Shown here: piece by piece, positions 1 through 10,415 of the stretch | How positions within the stretch are numbered: position 1 is the stretch's first letter | Layout: every line of letters begins with the position of its first letter | NCBI GenBank assembly: GCA_031414955.1 | Contig: JANOQV010000009.1 | Location: 1 to 48,671, forward strand | Source: Pedosphaera sp. | Lineage (GTDB): Bacteria; Verrucomicrobiota; Verrucomicrobiia; Limisphaerales; SIBH01 | Direction of reading: 5' to 3' | Length of the DNA: 48,671 nucleotides | Notes under the pieces: model-generated | Databases searched by the model: none | What the model saw: the letters and a program-made list of their open reading frames with translations, nothing else | Told to the model about the DNA's origin: nothing | Position numbers and translations under genes: made by a program

Positions 1-96
1 CTCGGGCGCAGCAAGCTGGAGCGCGGCAGGGTGTCGGCAAATTCCAAACTCTTCGCACGGGCGGACATTGCTGCGCCCGAGGACGGGCGCACTCCG
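1..96. repeat. REP-like inverted-repeat element, truncated by the window start
   Basis: CTCGGGCGCAGCAA (1-14) is the reverse complement of TTGCTGCGCCCGAG (68-81); internal hairpin TGCGCCCG-agga-CGGGCGCA. Confidence 0.6.
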
Positions 97-148
97 GCTC
101 GTTGGCTTCGCTGCCCGACACTTTCAATCCCCCCCGCCGACCGTTGCT

Positions 149-177
149 TTGACACTCCATTTGCGCGTCGTTAGTTT
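149..177 (+). promoter_or_regulatory. sigma70-like promoter, probably giving a leaderless transcript of the HIT-phoH-ybeY-recO operon
   Basis: TTGACA (149-154), 17 bp spacer, TAGTTT (172-177), ATG 8 nt downstream, no Shine-Dalgarno. Confidence 0.55.
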
Positions 178-185
178 CGCGCCGC

Positions 186-680
186 ATGGAAGCTCTGCAC
201 GCGCCGTGGCGCATTGATTACATTCTGGGACCGAAAGCACCCCCCGGAGACGGCTCTGTTTTCACGCGCATCGCCCAATCCAGTGACGACGAGGAGAACC
301 TGGTCATCGCGCGGGGACGAAGCTGTTTCGCCCTGCTCAACAACTATCCCTACAACGGTGGTCACCTCATGGTGATTCCTTATCGCGAAGTGCCGGACTT
401 CACCAACCTGCTCGACGATGAATTGCTCGAACTGATGAAACTCACGCGCCGTTGCCAGCAGGCGCTGACCAAGGTGATGCAACCACACGGCTTCAACCTC
501 GGTGTGAACCTCGGCAAAGTGGCTGGGGCCGGCATCCAGGAACATCTCCACATCCACGTCGTGCCGCGCTGGACGGGCGACAGCAATTTCATGCCTGTGC
601 TGGCCCACACCACCGTCGTGCCGGAGGCGCTGAAGGAAACCGCGGCCAAGCTGCGCGCCGCCCTCGCCGCCGACCCATAG
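186..680 (+). CDS. HIT family nucleotide hydrolase
   Basis: LHAPWR N-terminus, NxYPYxxGHLMVIP, histidine triad HLHIHVVPRW. Confidence 0.92.
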   Translation: MEALHAPWRIDYILGPKAPPGDGSVFTRIAQSSDDEENLVIARGRSCFALLNNYPYNGGHLMVIPYREVPDFTNLLDDELLELMKLTRRCQQALTKVMQPHGFNLGVNLGKVAGAGIQEHLHIHVVPRWTGDSNFMPVLAHTTVVPEALKETAAKLRAALAADP

Positions 681-687
681 AATTCCC

Positions 688-1659
688 ATGCCCACTGAAA
701 CCCTCCATTTTGAAAACGCTCGAATGGCGCAGCAGTTGTTCGCCAACGATCCACACAACCTCGACGCCCTGGAAACCGCCCTGGCCGTGAAGGCCACGGC
801 CCGCGAAGGCTGGATCAAACTCGACGGCGCGGCCCCGGACATCGCTCGCGCCAAGGAGCTTTTCCAATCGCTCGAAGCCGCCTTGCGCGGCGGCACGACC
901 ATTCGCGCCCGCGATTTCTCCCAGGCTTTGCGCGTGGTGCAGCTCGAAGGCCCGGAGGCGCTGCGAGAGATCTACGCCGAGCGCATCAACACCTCGCCGC
1001 GCAAAGCCAGCGTCACGCCCAAGACCACCGGCCAGCGCCAATACGTCCAGGCCATCCGCGCGCACGATGTGACCTTCGGCGTGGGCCCAGCCGGCACGGG
1101 CAAAACTTACCTCGCCATGGCCATGGCCGTTTCGGCGCTGCGCGAGGAGAAAGTTTCACGCATCATTCTGACCCGCCCGGCCGTCGAGGCGGGCGAGGCT
1201 CTCGGCTTTTTACCCGGTGACCTCTACGAGAAGATCACACCCTATCTCCGCCCGCTTCACGACGCCCTGCACGACATGATGCCCGCCGAGGACATTCAGA
1301 AGCACATGGAGAAGGCCGTCATCGAAATCGCTCCTCTCGCCTACATGCGCGGACGCACGCTGAACAACGCCTTCATCATTCTCGACGAAGCCCAGAACTC
1401 CACCGCCGAGCAGATGTTCATGTTCCTCACCCGCCTCGGGCATGGTTCCAAGGCGGTCATCACCGGCGATCCGACCCAGATCGATCTGCCTTCACACAAA
1501 CAGTCCGGCCTGATCGAGGCCGCCCGGGCCTTGCGCCAGACCGCAGGCATTTCCATCGTGCAATTCACTCGCCAGGACGTGGTCCGGCATCCGCTCGTGC
1601 AAAGGATTATCGAAGCGTACGAAGAGCATCGGCAGCTCGCGAAGCGGACGAAGGAATAA
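688..1659 (+). CDS. phoH: PhoH family ATPase
   Basis: GPAGTGKT Walker A, RIILTRPAVEAGE-LGFLPGD, APLAYMRGRTL, ILDEAQN, VVRHPLVQRII. Confidence 0.96.
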   Translation: MPTETLHFENARMAQQLFANDPHNLDALETALAVKATAREGWIKLDGAAPDIARAKELFQSLEAALRGGTTIRARDFSQALRVVQLEGPEALREIYAERINTSPRKASVTPKTTGQRQYVQAIRAHDVTFGVGPAGTGKTYLAMAMAVSALREEKVSRIILTRPAVEAGEALGFLPGDLYEKITPYLRPLHDALHDMMPAEDIQKHMEKAVIEIAPLAYMRGRTLNNAFIILDEAQNSTAEQMFMFLTRLGHGSKAVITGDPTQIDLPSHKQSGLIEAARALRQTAGISIVQFTRQDVVRHPLVQRIIEAYEEHRQLAKRTKE

Positions 1660-1664
1660 CATTT

Positions 1665-1740
1665 GATCCCCGAACCCCGAACTCAAAACTTGGAACAGCG
1701 GGCCGCGCCAGCCCCTTGTTTCACAGTTCAAAGCTCCCCT
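1665..1740. repeat. degenerate heptamer-period palindromic intergenic element
   Basis: ccccgaa-ccccgaa-ctcaaaa-cttggaac left arm; gtttcaca-gttcaaa-gctccc right arm. Confidence 0.4.
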
Positions 1741-1748
1741 TCCTGCCC

Positions 1749-2231
1749 ATGAGCCGCGCGCTCGCCCTCCGCAACCGTCAGCGCACCCGCGCCCTGAACA
1801 CTCCCCTGCTCCGCCGCGTGATCCTCCACCTGTTGCAGAACGAGTTCGCGGTCCGGGCCTACGAGCTGGGTTTTCATTTCGTGGCCCCGGCGGAGATGGC
1901 ACGCGTGAATCAGCAGTTCCTTCAGCATGCCGGCTCCACGGATGTGATCACCTTCGATTACCGGGAGGTGAACGAGCCGGCCAAATTGCCGGGCGAGACT
2001 TTGCACGGTGAAATCTTCATCTCGGTTGGCGACGCGGTGCGCCAAGCCCGCCAGTTCAGCACCACCTGGCAGGGGGAGGTCACGCGCTACGTCATCCATG
2101 CTTTGCTGCACCTGCGCGGTTTTGACGATTTGGAGCCCGCCGCCCGCAAACTGATGAAGCGCGAGGAGAACCGGCTCTTGCGAAAGGTGGCCACGCTCTT
2201 CCCCCTGCGCGCGCTCGCCCGTCCGGCCTGA
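1749..2231 (+). CDS. ybeY: rRNA maturation endoribonuclease YbeY
   Basis: TDVITFDY, GEIFIS, HALLHLRGFDD (HxxxHxxGxDH-like, last His replaced by Asp); follows phoH; ATG 1749 preferred to TTG 1716. Confidence 0.9.
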   Translation: MSRALALRNRQRTRALNTPLLRRVILHLLQNEFAVRAYELGFHFVAPAEMARVNQQFLQHAGSTDVITFDYREVNEPAKLPGETLHGEIFISVGDAVRQARQFSTTWQGEVTRYVIHALLHLRGFDDLEPAARKLMKREENRLLRKVATLFPLRALARPA

Positions 2232-2234
2232 CCC

Positions 2235-2879
2235 ATGGACGAGCGCACCTCCGGCATCATCCTCCGCACCCGTCCGCTCACCGAGACGAGCCTGATCGTG
2301 CAATGGCTCACGCCCGATCTCGGCCGCATCGCCACCGTGGCCAAGGGCGCGCGCCGGCCCAAGTCGCCCTTCCGCGGAAAGCTGGATTTGTTTTACGAGG
2401 CGGAGTTCACCTTCGCCCGCAGCCGCCGGAGCGAGCTGCATAATTTGCGCGAAGTGGTCCTGGGCGACACCCACCGCACGTTGCGCGAAAATCTCGGCTG
2501 GTTGCAGCAGGCCAGTTATTTCACCGCGCTGGTCGAGCAGACGACCGAGACCGAAACGCCGCTGCCCAAAGTCTATCAGCTCGGGCGCGAAGTTCTCGCG
2601 CAACTCTGTGCCGTCCCGCCCAGTCCTCGCACCGTATTCGCCTTCGAGTTGAAGCTGCTCGAAGAACTCGGCCTCAGTCCGGATCTCGCGGAGGCGAAGT
2701 TGAGCGCGGGAGCCCGGCAGGTGGCGGACGCATTGACCCGTCGCAACTGGGATGCGCTCGCCCGACTGAAATTGAGTGACGCCCAGGAGCGGGAACTCCG
2801 GCAGTTCCTGCATGGCTTCATGATTTATCATTTGGAGAAGATTCCCACCTCCAGAGCGGCCGCGCTGAACGCGGCCTAA
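2235..2879 (+). CDS. recO: DNA repair protein RecO
   Basis: GIILRTRPLTETSLIV, G-I-TVAKGARRPKSPF, AFELKLL; phoH-ybeY-recO context. Confidence 0.92.
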   Translation: MDERTSGIILRTRPLTETSLIVQWLTPDLGRIATVAKGARRPKSPFRGKLDLFYEAEFTFARSRRSELHNLREVVLGDTHRTLRENLGWLQQASYFTALVEQTTETETPLPKVYQLGREVLAQLCAVPPSPRTVFAFELKLLEELGLSPDLAEAKLSAGARQVADALTRRNWDALARLKLSDAQERELRQFLHGFMIYHLEKIPTSRAAALNAA

Positions 2880-2991
2880 TCCCGGCGGCGGGGCCGGGCG
2901 GTTTCAAGATTCGGCCGCAGTTGTTTCAGCTGAGAACTCATGGTCTCGTCGCCCGCTGCCCGGAAAAATCCGACCGAAACTTCACGATCCG

Positions 2992-3372
2992 GTGGGTGGC
3001 CTTCATAAGCACGGCCGCGCATGGTCAGACGACCGATCCACAGACGCCCCAATCATTGTCCGGTCGAAACTCCAACTGAATCTCGTGACTCTTGAGGCCA
3101 GTGCGAAGCTGCTCGAATCGCTGCTTCAGGCTTTCCGGTACGCGCGTAGAACACAAACTCTCTCCAGGCCACACGTCCCCCATCAGAAAATCAAAATCAG
3201 CCCGGACACCAACCACAAAACTTTGAAGACCATTCGCATCGTGTACGGTGCGGCGCGCTGCGACATTTACCGTCCCGTCCACGAGCCGGCGATCATTGCC
3301 GCGCCCAACCGCACGGCTAACCTCAACTGCTCGCCGGTCAGTCACGCCCACCGGCGTAGACGGCCGCCTTGA
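2992..3372 (+). CDS. possible hypothetical protein; strand uncertain
   Basis: 126-aa ORF with an in-register antisense ORF (3025-3351); no recognisable motif. Confidence 0.2.
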   Translation: MGGLHKHGRAWSDDRSTDAPIIVRSKLQLNLVTLEASAKLLESLLQAFRYARRTQTLSRPHVPHQKIKISPDTNHKTLKTIRIVYGAARCDIYRPVHEPAIIAAPNRTANLNCSPVSHAHRRRRPP

Positions 3373-3448
3373 TCACAAACGATCCATTTCATGCCACGTC
3401 CGGATCTGGCCAAGCATCCGCCGTAATCACTTCCGCCATTAGTTCCGA

Positions 3449-4825
3449 TCACTCGTAGCGGAGCGCCTGAATGGGATCGAGGCGTGAAGCCTTGATGGCG
3501 GGGATGAGTCCGGCCAGCAGCCCAACGCAGGCGCTGAAGATGAAGGCCAGAACCATGGCATCAGCCGTGATCACCGGCGCGTTGCCGGTGGGCGTGAGGT
3601 CGGCCAGAAGTTTCACGAAGCCCCACGACACACCCAGTCCGGCGAGTCCACCCACCACGCCGATGACTACGCTCTCGACGAGGATTTGCGTGAAGACAGC
3701 GAGGGTGGTGGCCCCGACGGCCTTGCGCAGTCCGATCTCGCGCACGCGCTGGGCGATGCTGGCCAGCATGATGTTCATGATGCCGATGCCGCCGACGAGC
3801 AGGCTGATCACGGCGATGATGCCGCCGCTGACCCGCGCATTGCGGATGGCGATGTTGATGTTCTCCACGTTGTTCTCCTGGGTGCGGAATTCAAAGTCCT
3901 CGATGCCGCGATGGGTCATCATCATCACGTTGCGGGCCTGTTGCAGGGCGGACTCGAGCTTGGGCAGGCTCTGCACCTTGAAGTCGATGTCGTTGAGGCG
4001 CGGATCCGGAACACCGTTGGTTCCGCCGGCCGCGCGGAACCGCAGCCACATGGTGTTCAAGGGAATGTAGGCCGTGTAGTTTTTGCGGCGAAAGGCCCAG
4101 CCTCCGCCGCTGCGTCCGCGCTGACCTGAGCCCCAGCCTCGCGCGCGCGCCACGGTCTGGGTTTTTTCCAGAAAATCGCCGGAGGCCTTGCGTTCGCGCA
4201 GTTTTTTCTCCGCCTCGCTTTCGTAGTGCTCAAACAGGCCGATGATGGTGAACGGCTGGTGATTGATGCTGATTGTCTCGCCGAGGGGAATGATCTCTCG
4301 TCCTATTTCCTCGGGGTTGCCAAACAGATCGTCGCGGATGCCCGTGCCGATAACGCAGACGTTGCGGGCCAGTTCGTCATCGAGCGCCGTGAAAAACCGG
4401 CCGTGCGCAATCTGGTGCAGGTTCATCTCGATGACTTCCGGCCAGACGCCGACGAGTTCGGACGGGATGACGCTCTTGGTGCCGCGCGTCATGATGGAGT
4501 TACGCACGCCCATCTCAGGAGATACGAGGCGCAGCAGCGGCGCGCTCTCCCGGAGCGCGCGCACGTCCTGGATGGTGCGGCCGGGTGCCTCGTCGGCCCG
4601 GTGGCCTTGGTGGGCGGGCACGTCCTGATCATCAGTCACGACCTTGTCCAGTCCGCCCATGGCGATGAGGGCTTCCTTCATGCCGTTCTCCATGCCCTTG
4701 GTGATGGCTGACATGCCGACCAGCGAGGAGACACCGAGAATGATGCCGAGCATGGTCAGGAGGGAACGAAACTTGTTCGCCCAGATTTCCTTGAGGCCGA
4801 CGGCGATGGCGTTGGAGAGGTTCAT
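3449..4825 (-). CDS. MacB/FtsX-type ABC transporter permease
   Basis: [16 protein letters not shown] N-terminus; [47 protein letters not shown]. Confidence 0.93.
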   Translation of the reverse strand: [458 protein letters not shown]

Positions 4826-4835
4826 GGGCCGTAAG

Positions 4836-4964
4836 AAGATCCAAGATCCAAAATCCAAGATCCAGGGAAGCTCCAAACACCAAACATCGAAGAGCCGCGC
4901 ACCCCAGCGAGGGTATGGACATTGGAGCTTGGTGTTTCCCTGGATCTTGGATCTTGGATCTTGG
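4836..4964. repeat. heptamer-repeat palindromic element (MITE-like)
   Basis: (ATCCAAG)n-CAGGGAAGCTCCAAACACCAA left arm; TTGGAGCTTGGTGTTTCCCTG-(GATCTTG)n right arm; short unique core. Confidence 0.8.
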
Positions 4965-5000
4965 TGCTTTGCTTCCCGGTGCTTTGGTCTCTCTTCTTCA

Positions 5001-5813
5001 TCACGCCATCAAATCAATCTTCACGGCCGGCTCTGTTTTCTGACCCAGGAAGCGCGCGGCCAATTCATCGAACCTTTCCACCTCGTCGGTGACGAAGGGC
5101 TGGATGAGACCGCGCCGACGGCGACTGGTGCTGAGAAGCTTCAGACCGGCGAGTTGTTCTTTGACGGAGCGAGCGCAGGTCTCGGCGGAATCGACGAGCT
5201 TCACTTTGCCTTGCGTGACTTCGTGGATGGCGTTCTTGAGCAGGGGATAATGCGTGCAGCCCAGCACGAGCGTGTCGATGCGTTCGCGCAGAAGCGGCTT
5301 CAGATATTCGCGCAACACGCGCACGGTGACAGGATGGTCTTGCCATGATTCCTCGACCAGCGGCACGAGCAGCGGACAGGCGCAGGTGAAGACTTGGGCG
5401 GTGGGGCATTGCGCGAGGATGGCGTGGCGATAAGCCTGGCTGCGCACCGTGGCGTTCGTCCCGATGACGCCGATGCGCTGGGTGCGGGATTGGGCCAGCG
5501 CGGCTTGTGCGCCCGGAAGGATGACGCCGAAGATTGGTAGCTTGAACTGGCGTTCCAACTCAGGCAGCGCCCAGGCTGACACGGTGTTGCAAGCCACGAC
5601 GATGGCTTTAACCCTTTGCTGAAGCAGGAAGCGAGTGTCCTCGCAGGCGAAACGGACGACGGTGCCCGGCGACTTGGTGCCGTAAGGAACGCGCGCCGTG
5701 TCGCCGAGGTAAATGAGATTTTCCCTGGGCAGCACCCGGTGGATTTGCCGCACCACGGTCAACCCGCCGACGCCGCTGTCGAAGATGCCAATGGGGAGGG
5801 ATGAATTGTTCAC
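5001..5813 (-). CDS. murI: glutamate racemase
   Basis: PIGIFDSGVGGLTV, DTARVPYG, VVACNT, LVLGCTHYP. Confidence 0.97.
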   Translation of the reverse strand: MNNSSLPIGIFDSGVGGLTVVRQIHRVLPRENLIYLGDTARVPYGTKSPGTVVRFACEDTRFLLQQRVKAIVVACNTVSAWALPELERQFKLPIFGVILPGAQAALAQSRTQRIGVIGTNATVRSQAYRHAILAQCPTAQVFTCACPLLVPLVEESWQDHPVTVRVLREYLKPLLRERIDTLVLGCTHYPLLKNAIHEVTQGKVKLVDSAETCARSVKEQLAGLKLLSTSRRRRGLIQPFVTDEVERFDELAARFLGQKTEPAVKIDLMA

Positions 5814-5868
5814 GAAGAAGCGCAAGGAAGCGGGTCGGGCCGCCGGGCCGGGAACTCGAGCGGTGAGA

Positions 5869-5965
5869 TTTCAAATCCCAACCTGGCGAACATGGCCCAC
5901 AGCGGCCTTTGGAGTTTGGACCTTGGAATTTGTTTGGATTTTGGGATTTGGATTTTGGAGTTTGT
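5869..5965. repeat. heptamer-period palindromic element, degenerate left arm
   Basis: tttggag-tttggac-cttggaa-tttgtttggat-tttggga-tttggat-tttggag run; short ttcaaatcccaa left arm. Confidence 0.65.
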
Positions 5966-5967
5966 TT

Positions 5968-6948
5968 TCACGGTTCCACGATCCTCCGGTAACTCCCGAT
6001 GCCCGCCGCAATGGCCTGGGCCATTTGCTTGCGCCAGACCGGGCTGAAAATCTTTCTCGCCTCGGACGGGTTGCTCATGAAGCCGCCCTCGATGAGTACA
6101 GCCGGCATCTGGGCCTCGCGCAGCACCTCGAAGCGGGCACGCTTGACGCCTCGATCTTCAAGTCCCGTGCCGCGTGTGATGGCCTTCTGCAATTCATAGG
6201 CGAGCACCATGTTGCGCGCATTGTTCAGATTGCCAAGGTAGGCGCCGCTGTTGCCGCCTTCGCCGCGCGCGTTGGTGGAACTGGCCCGCGGTGGTGTCAT
6301 GCAATAAACTTCCACGCCGCGAATGTCCGCGCTGGTGTAGCCAGCCGAGTTGAAGTGCAGGCTCACGAACAGATCCGCGCCGCGCCGCCGGGCGATCTCC
6401 GGGCGTTCGCCCAAATCGATGAGCGTGTCCGCGGTTCGCGTGTACGAAACCGTGTAGCCGGCCTGGCGCAACTGCGCGCCCAGTTCCATCGCCAGCAGCA
6501 GCGTGTGCTTTTTTTCCGTCTCCTTGCCTGCGAGGTAACCGGCCTGCTTCCCGCCGTGGCCGGGATCGATGCAGATGTGTTTGACCGTGCTGCGTGGCCG
6601 GCCTTTGGGCGGAAACAGGAGGGGCTGCAAGGCTGTGGTCAGGTCGAGGCTGGCCATGCAGGGCGTGCCGTTGAAGTTGCGCACGGCTTCCGAGAGGATG
6701 ACCAGCACGCCGTTCACCGACATCCTCTTTGATTCCGCCGTGAACTCGATCCGGGTAGCCCCTTTCAGCAGCACGGCATCCTGTTTGGAGATCCAGGTGA
6801 GCTGGAATGAATTGGCCCGCGCCCACTGGTCGAGGCGGACGTATTCCTTGCCGGCGATGGAGAATTTTTCCACGCGCGGCGGCGGGACGTTCGCGCTCGG
6901 GCAGCACGCCGCCCAGAGGAGCAGGAGGAGCGTGGCCAAGATTTTCAC
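5968..6948 (-). CDS. N-acetylmuramoyl-L-alanine amidase (Amidase_3)
   Basis: signal peptide; IDPGHGG, EK, ADLFVSLHFNS, MPAVLIEGGFMSN. Confidence 0.93.
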   Translation of the reverse strand: MKILATLLLLLWAACCPSANVPPPRVEKFSIAGKEYVRLDQWARANSFQLTWISKQDAVLLKGATRIEFTAESKRMSVNGVLVILSEAVRNFNGTPCMASLDLTTALQPLLFPPKGRPRSTVKHICIDPGHGGKQAGYLAGKETEKKHTLLLAMELGAQLRQAGYTVSYTRTADTLIDLGERPEIARRRGADLFVSLHFNSAGYTSADIRGVEVYCMTPPRASSTNARGEGGNSGAYLGNLNNARNMVLAYELQKAITRGTGLEDRGVKRARFEVLREAQMPAVLIEGGFMSNPSEARKIFSPVWRKQMAQAIAAGIGSYRRIVEP

Positions 6949-7107
6949 AAGCGCGAAATCTGCCCGCCGCGCGCCGATGATTCAAGTGTTTGGCGCGAAC
7001 AACCTCCACTTTCCGGGAAAACCGTTGACGCCCTGTTTTCACGGCAACTATTTTGGCGGTGAATTTGTGTTCGCGAGGCAGCGCGAATTTTCAGCGGACT
7101 TTTTCTC

Positions 7108-8250
7108 ATGAGCAATTCGACAGCAACGGCAGCAACGACAAGCAAGGGTCTGGAAGGCGTGGTCGCGGCCCGCACCACTCTCAGCGACGTGCAGGGCGAC
7201 GTCGGCAAGCTCATCTACGGCGGCTACGACATCGACGAACTCGCCGGCAAGGTCAGTTACGAGGAAGTCGTGTATCTGCTGCACCACAATCATCTGCCCA
7301 ATCGTTCCGAGCTGGAGGAACTCAAGTCCGCACTGGTGGCTTATCGCGAAATTCCCAAGGGCGTCATCGACATCATCAAGAAGCTGCCCAAGACCACCCC
7401 GCCCATGCACGCGTTGCGCACCGCCGTCTCGGCGCTCGGCTGCTTCGACACCGTGGCGGACGACGACACGATGGACGCGCAACGGCGCAAAGCGCGACGG
7501 CTCATCGCGCAGATTCCGATCTGCGTCGCCTACTTTCACCGGGCGCGGTTGAAGAAGGAACTGATTCACCCCGATCCTTCCCTCGGCGAGGCGGCGAACT
7601 TCCTCTGGATGATCAACGGCGAGAAGCCGAACGACGAAATGGTCAGCACCATGGACATGTGCTACGTGCTGCACGCCGACCACGGCATGAACGCCTCGAC
7701 CTTCAGTGCGCGCGTGACCATCGCGACCTTGAGCGACATGTATTCGGCCATCACGACGGCCATCGGCACGCTCAAAGGCCCGCTGCACGGCGGCGCGAAC
7801 GAGGGTGTGATCCGGATGCTCCAGGAGATTGGAACGCTGGACAAAGTGGACGCTTTCATTGAGGACGCGCTGGCGAACAAGCGCAAGATCATGGGCATCG
7901 GGCATCGCGTTTACAAAGTGCTCGACCCGCGCGCGCCCCATCTCCAGCGCATGGCGCAGATTCTCAGCGCCAAATGCGGCGACCCCAAGTGGATTCAGAT
8001 GAGCGAACGCATTGCGCAGATCATGCTGGAGAAGAAGGGCCTGAACGCAAACGTGGATTTCTATTCGGCGACAGTCTATTGGTCGCTCGGCATTCCCACG
8101 GACTTGTTCACGCCCATCTTCGCCATCGCTCGCACCAGCGGTTGGACGGCGCATGTCCTCGAACAACTTGCGGACAACCGGCTCATCCGTCCGCAGTCCC
8201 TTTATACCGGTCCGGTCGGGCTGAAGGTCGTGCCGATCGATCAACGATGA
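7108..8250 (+). CDS. gltA: citrate synthase (short, type I / methylcitrate synthase-like)
   Basis: KGLEGVVA, HADHGMNASTF, GPLHGGANE, MGIGHRVYK-DPRA, NVDFYSA. Confidence 0.93.
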   Translation: MSNSTATAATTSKGLEGVVAARTTLSDVQGDVGKLIYGGYDIDELAGKVSYEEVVYLLHHNHLPNRSELEELKSALVAYREIPKGVIDIIKKLPKTTPPMHALRTAVSALGCFDTVADDDTMDAQRRKARRLIAQIPICVAYFHRARLKKELIHPDPSLGEAANFLWMINGEKPNDEMVSTMDMCYVLHADHGMNASTFSARVTIATLSDMYSAITTAIGTLKGPLHGGANEGVIRMLQEIGTLDKVDAFIEDALANKRKIMGIGHRVYKVLDPRAPHLQRMAQILSAKCGDPKWIQMSERIAQIMLEKKGLNANVDFYSATVYWSLGIPTDLFTPIFAIARTSGWTAHVLEQLADNRLIRPQSLYTGPVGLKVVPIDQR

Positions 8251-8317
8251 TTTTTGAGCCGCCGCCGTCGAAATCATCCGCCGGCGGCTTCGTTTCAACC
8301 CCAGAAACCTACACAAA

Positions 8318-9520
8318 ATGAACATTCACGAGTACCAGGCCAAGCAGTTGCTCAAACAGTACGGTGTCGCCGTGCCGCCGGGCGACGCGTGCAAGACGCT
8401 TGAGGAAGCGAAAACTGCCGCCGAAAAAATCTTCGCCGCCGGAAACAAACTTGCCGTCGTGAAGTCACAGATTCACGCCGGTGGTCGGGGCAAGGGCGTC
8501 TTCAAGGACGGTTTCAAAGGAGGCGTGAAACTCGCCAAGTCCGCCGAGGAAGCCACGGCGCAGGCCAAGGCCATGCTCGGCAACACGCTGGTCACCAAAC
8601 AGACCGGGCCGGATGGCCGCGTGGTTAGCACTGTGCTCGTCGCGGCGGCGGAGGACATCAAGAAGGAGTTTTACCTCGCCGTGCTGCTCGACCGCGCGAA
8701 TTCGCTACCGCTCTTGATGGCCAGTACCGAGGGCGGCGTGGACATTGAGGAAGTCGCCGAGAAGACGCCGGAGAAGATCATCAAGGAACACATCGACCCC
8801 GCCATGGGCTTCCAACCCTGGCAGGGACGCAAGATCGCGGCCGCGCTCGGACTCAAGGGCGACCTGGCCGGCCAGGCCGCGAAGCTGTTTGCGGGCGTGT
8901 ACAAAACCTGGTGGGAAGCCGACGCCTCCATGGTGGAAATCAACCCCCTCTGCATCTGCGTCGGTGCGGACGGCAAGGAGAAGCTGGTCGCCGTCGATGC
9001 TAAGATCGGCCTCGATGACAATGCGCTTTATCGCCACAAAGACATCCAGGAGATGCGCGACCTCGCCGAGGAATCGCCCCTCGAAATCGAGGCCAGCAAG
9101 TTCAACCTGAACTACATCAAGCTCGACGGCTCCATCGCCTGCCTCGTCAACGGCGCGGGACTCGCGATGGCCACCATGGACATCATCCAGCATTTCGGGG
9201 CCAACCCGGCCAACTTCCTCGATGTGGGCGGCGGCGCGAGCAAGGACCAAGTCTGCGCGGCCTTCAAAATCATCCTCACCGATCCGTCGGTGAAGGCGAT
9301 TTTCGTGAACATCTTTGGCGGCATCATGGACTGCAACGTCATCGCCACCGGCATCGTGGCCGCAGTGAAGGAGACGGGCTTGAAACTCCCGCTCGTCGTG
9401 CGCCTCGAAGGCAACAACGTCGCCGCCGGCAAAAAAACTTTGGCGGAAAGCGGTTTGACCATCATCCGTGGCGACTCGATGGCGGACGCGGCGCAGAAGG
9501 TGGTTCAAGCCGTGAAATAG
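8318..9520 (+). CDS. sucC: succinyl-CoA ligase beta subunit
   Basis: [46 protein letters not shown]. Confidence 0.98.
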   Translation: MNIHEYQAKQLLKQYGVAVPPGDACKTLEEAKTAAEKIFAAGNKLAVVKSQIHAGGRGKGVFKDGFKGGVKLAKSAEEATAQAKAMLGNTLVTKQTGPDGRVVSTVLVAAAEDIKKEFYLAVLLDRANSLPLLMASTEGGVDIEEVAEKTPEKIIKEHIDPAMGFQPWQGRKIAAALGLKGDLAGQAAKLFAGVYKTWWEADASMVEINPLCICVGADGKEKLVAVDAKIGLDDNALYRHKDIQEMRDLAEESPLEIEASKFNLNYIKLDGSIACLVNGAGLAMATMDIIQHFGANPANFLDVGGGASKDQVCAAFKIILTDPSVKAIFVNIFGGIMDCNVIATGIVAAVKETGLKLPLVVRLEGNNVAAGKKTLAESGLTIIRGDSMADAAQKVVQAVK

Positions 9521-9532
9521 ATCGGTGGCCGA

Positions 9533-9811
9533 ATGACGATTGTGGGCGTTGAGCGGCGGGCGAAAGCCCGGCCCCGGGAAGCGGAAGTCGAGCAGATCAA
9601 GCGTCTGATCGAGATTCAGAGCCAGATCGTCGAGTTGGCCAGACAAAATGAACTTACGGAGAAACAATGTGAAATGCTGCGGCACGATCTGGCGCGTGGG
9701 ACGCGGCCGCCATCGTGGCGGCAACGCTGGTCCATGTTTTTGCGCGGCATATTTTCCAACGCTTCTTCCAAGCACAGCCAGTCGCGCGACGGAGATTCCG
9801 AACTAAGCTGA
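9533..9811 (+). CDS. hypothetical protein, coiled-coil-like
   Basis: co-oriented ORF filling the gap between sucC and the VOC gene. Confidence 0.5.
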   Translation: MTIVGVERRAKARPREAEVEQIKRLIEIQSQIVELARQNELTEKQCEMLRHDLARGTRPPSWRQRWSMFLRGIFSNASSKHSQSRDGDSELS

Positions 9812-9814
9812 CCC

Positions 9815-10195
9815 ATGCTCAAAGTCACCGAGATTGCCTTCAGTTGCTACCCCGTCACCGACATGGCGCGGGCGCGGGCGTTTTATGAAGACATGCTGGG
9901 GTTGAAGATGACCATGGCCCACGGTGCAGCCGGTGGGATGCAATGGACAGAATACGACATTGCCAACGGCACGCTCTCCATCGGGGCCGGTGCGCCGGAC
10001 TGGAAACCGAGCGCGAATGGCTGCTCCGTCGGTCTGGAAGTGGAAGACTTTGATGCGGCCATCGCGCACCTACGCTCCAGTGGCGTGAAGTTCCACATGG
10101 AGCCGTTCCCTACGCCAGTCTGCCAGATGGCTTTCATTCTCGATCCCGACGGCAACGCGATTTGCATCCACAAGCGCAAGGCCGGACACTCGTGA
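9815..10195 (+). CDS. VOC/glyoxalase family protein
   Basis: YPVTDMARARAFYEDMLGL, LEVEDFDAAIAHL, AFILDPDGNAICIH. Confidence 0.9.
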   Translation: MLKVTEIAFSCYPVTDMARARAFYEDMLGLKMTMAHGAAGGMQWTEYDIANGTLSIGAGAPDWKPSANGCSVGLEVEDFDAAIAHLRSSGVKFHMEPFPTPVCQMAFILDPDGNAICIHKRKAGHS

Positions 10196-10196
10196 C

Positions 10197-10415
10197 ATGA
10201 TGGATGACGCGCTCATCGAAGAACTGAATCGCGGCTACGTCTGCCCTCCGGACGCAGGGCCGGCGTGGCGAGCGGCGTGTGACTACGGTTTCGACATGTC
10301 TCTCGTTGAAGATGCGATGCAGATGACCCCCGAACAGCGAGTGGAACAGCATCAACGGGCTTTGGACATGGTTCTCGCGGTGATGAGTGCCAGCCCTGCT
10401 TATGGTGCAGAATGA
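10197..10415 (+). CDS. small hypothetical protein, possible partner (antitoxin-like) of the downstream nucleotidyltransferase fragment
   Basis: 72 aa, GFDMSLVEDAMQMTPEQRVEQHQRAL; ATGA overlap with the next ORF. Confidence 0.6.
   Translation: MMDDALIEELNRGYVCPPDAGPAWRAACDYGFDMSLVEDAMQMTPEQRVEQHQRALDMVLAVMSASPAYGAE

Noticed and set aside
4836..5965. Short periodic repeats as a CRISPR array
   Set aside because: 7-nt units in inverted arms, no constant repeat with unique spacers, no cas genes
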